From Antedon mediterranea (taxonomy: Eukaryota > Animalia > Echinodermata), in contig NC_092677.1 of assembly GCF_964355755.1 (NCBI RefSeq), positions 18,560,101-18,624,100 on the forward strand: a stretch of 64,000 nucleotides of DNA. The letters are read 5' to 3'. Both the position numbers and the translations under genes were made by a program. This document shows positions 62,046 to 64,000 of the stretch, piece by piece. The notes under the pieces were generated by a model, which saw only the letters and a list, made by a program, of their open reading frames with translations, had not been told where the DNA came from and did no database searches. Within the stretch, counting starts at the first letter, position 1, and every line of letters starts with the position of its first letter.

Positions 62046-62378
62046 GCGATTATTATGCTTTCATTCAACATTCTTGGTACTACGACGATGGATATATGTG
62101 GACCACAGAGATACCATCGAGTTGGGGTGATTTCTGTGTTACATTCAACTATTATTTGAATGATACAAATGGTCATATAGAAATTGAACACTATCGTTCC
62201 TTTGATTATTGGGTTAATTTCAAAGGGTTCTACTTTACAAGTAGAGAATGGAAGCTAGGACATGTTAGCTTTACCACGAGTACTCCTGTCAACCGTCTGA
62301 AATTCTATGGACGATCATATACATATAGAAACATTGTAGCAATTAACAACGTTAACATCAGTAGAGGAACATGTGAAG
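62046..62378 (+). CDS. Gene 2 MAM domain 2, exon b
   Basis: 333 nt. Paralogous to 55341-55673. Confidence 0.85.
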
Positions 62379-63217
62379 GTAAACTGTTATTAATGAAATG
62401 CGTATAGTTTTAATGATTGGAACAAATTAAAGAATTACATATACCAAATGATACCCTATAATGATAATTGAATGATGAGCAAAGAATAAAGCTGCTTAAT
62501 TATGTTTATAAAATAATAATAATATAAATTTCAAAGAAAATGTCCTTGAGAGATTTATTTTTTGAAATGAAATAATAAAGCAAATTTAGATTCTGAGTAA
62601 ATTCCAATCCGGCTAAGATAAAGAAGCTGCTAAAATGGTTATACTTTCATACACTTTTTTATACGTGTATAGCGCTCAGTATGTTCACTAAAACACAATA
62701 TTACAAATCAGAGGTGGTGCATATTTATTTATAAATTTATAAATTTGTACCAATGTTAGCTATTTCTCTAAATTAGACGATGATGTATGTTGCTTTTAAT
62801 TAAACGTTGTGTTTTGACTTTTCTGTCTTTGTATAGAGCAATATTATTTGAATAGGCCTATTCAATTTAATTTTTACACTTATTAACGTCCAAAAGACAA
62901 AAAAGTAACCAAAAAAACAATAATAAAGAAAAATGGACGAAAGCAGATCCCAGATAGATAAGTCTCTTGTGACGGGATTGCCTTTACAAATTACTTAAAA
63001 ATTAGAAATTATGAATAAAATTTAAAAAAAATAAAGTAAATATTATATATAAATAAATATATATATATATATTCTGTAAGAATCACAATGTATTTCTTAT
63101 TATTTATATTAATGTATCGTCAAAGGATTATGTAAACATTAAGGAAATTTAATTTAGATATTATGCTTTGATCATTATAATTATTAACTGTAAAATATTT
63201 CTTAAATTATTCAATAG

Positions 63218-63553
63218 ATTGTATGAAACATATTTACCTAACAACAAATGATGTTACCAACATAACATCCCCATACTACCCAGAAACCCATAACAACCAA
63301 TACTGTGAGTGGATCGTTGAAAGTCCGCAGAATACAGAAATTCTGCTTACGTTATATGATTTGGAGCTTCAGACCTGTTGTGACTTTTTAAAGATCATTT
63401 ATGTTGACTTACTTGGCAATACCGTTACTGAATTTTTCACTGGACAAAATAATAACAACATTTTAGCTAAAGATTACTTAAGTATAATATTTCAAAGTAA
63501 CCATGACGGTGCTATCAGAGGATTTGCTCTACAGATAGAAGTTATTGACATAG
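63218..63553 (+). CDS. Gene 2 CUB domain 2
   Basis: 336 nt. Paralogous to 56223-56564. The gene continues beyond the window. Confidence 0.88.
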
Positions 63554-64000
63554 GTACAGTATGTTCACATTATATAATTATTAAAGCAAGTTTTCTATTA
63601 CATTATTACTGTTTACAAACATTAAGAGCCATTGTCTGTAAGAATCAAAGAAATATCAAAAAGAGTGGCAGAAAAAAAAAATAGATTTCTTTCAAATTTT
63701 GCACATGGCTATATATGTGTTGAGAGAAAATCAAATATGAAGTATTTTTTATTTCACACGTATATTTCCATGGCAACGACCAAATTTGTGTTTTTGACAA
63801 ATTTTGTCCTTTTTTAAGGTTTTTAAAAATGGATATTGGTACTATTTTGATGAACGATATTTTTTGTTTTGTTCATTTAATTATAAAAAATAATTAGTGT
63901 ATGCATAATAACAATGCATTGTGTACCTGTTTCATATTTTTTTATTTTTTTTTTATTTTATACTTTGGGAGATACCATTTATTTAAAAAGGGGTGTTCTT

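Overview
AT-rich, intron-containing animal genomic DNA. The HYR-repeat expansion and TE repertoire suggest an invertebrate deuterostome such as an echinoderm; this is inference. Two modular cell-surface or secreted genes lie on the + strand, built almost entirely from phase-1 single-domain exons. Gene 1 enters from the left and its last visible exon ends at 30380. It has 13 HYR exons, then EGF, Ig, SEA and HRM-like exons, which is the ectodomain order of an adhesion GPCR. Its 3' half carries frameshifts, stops, a dead acceptor and an exonic LINE insertion, and no GAIN or 7TM exons are visible. Gene 2 starts at about 41977 and runs off the right edge. It has two tandem TATA plus signal-peptide first exons, HYR exons (one recently duplicated) and a duplicated MAM-CUB(-LDLa) module. 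Introns and the intergenic region are packed with nested TEs. These include two inverted copies of a two-ORF CR1/L2-group LINE, a single-ORF PHD-APE-RT LINE interrupted by a full-length Ty3/Gypsy element with a non-canonical terminus, and a Tx1/L1 LINE. There are also Kolobok-, P-, Harbinger- and Ginger-like non-autonomous DNA elements, SINE remnants and a probable P-type excision footprint. All family assignments come from motifs read by eye, not from database searches.
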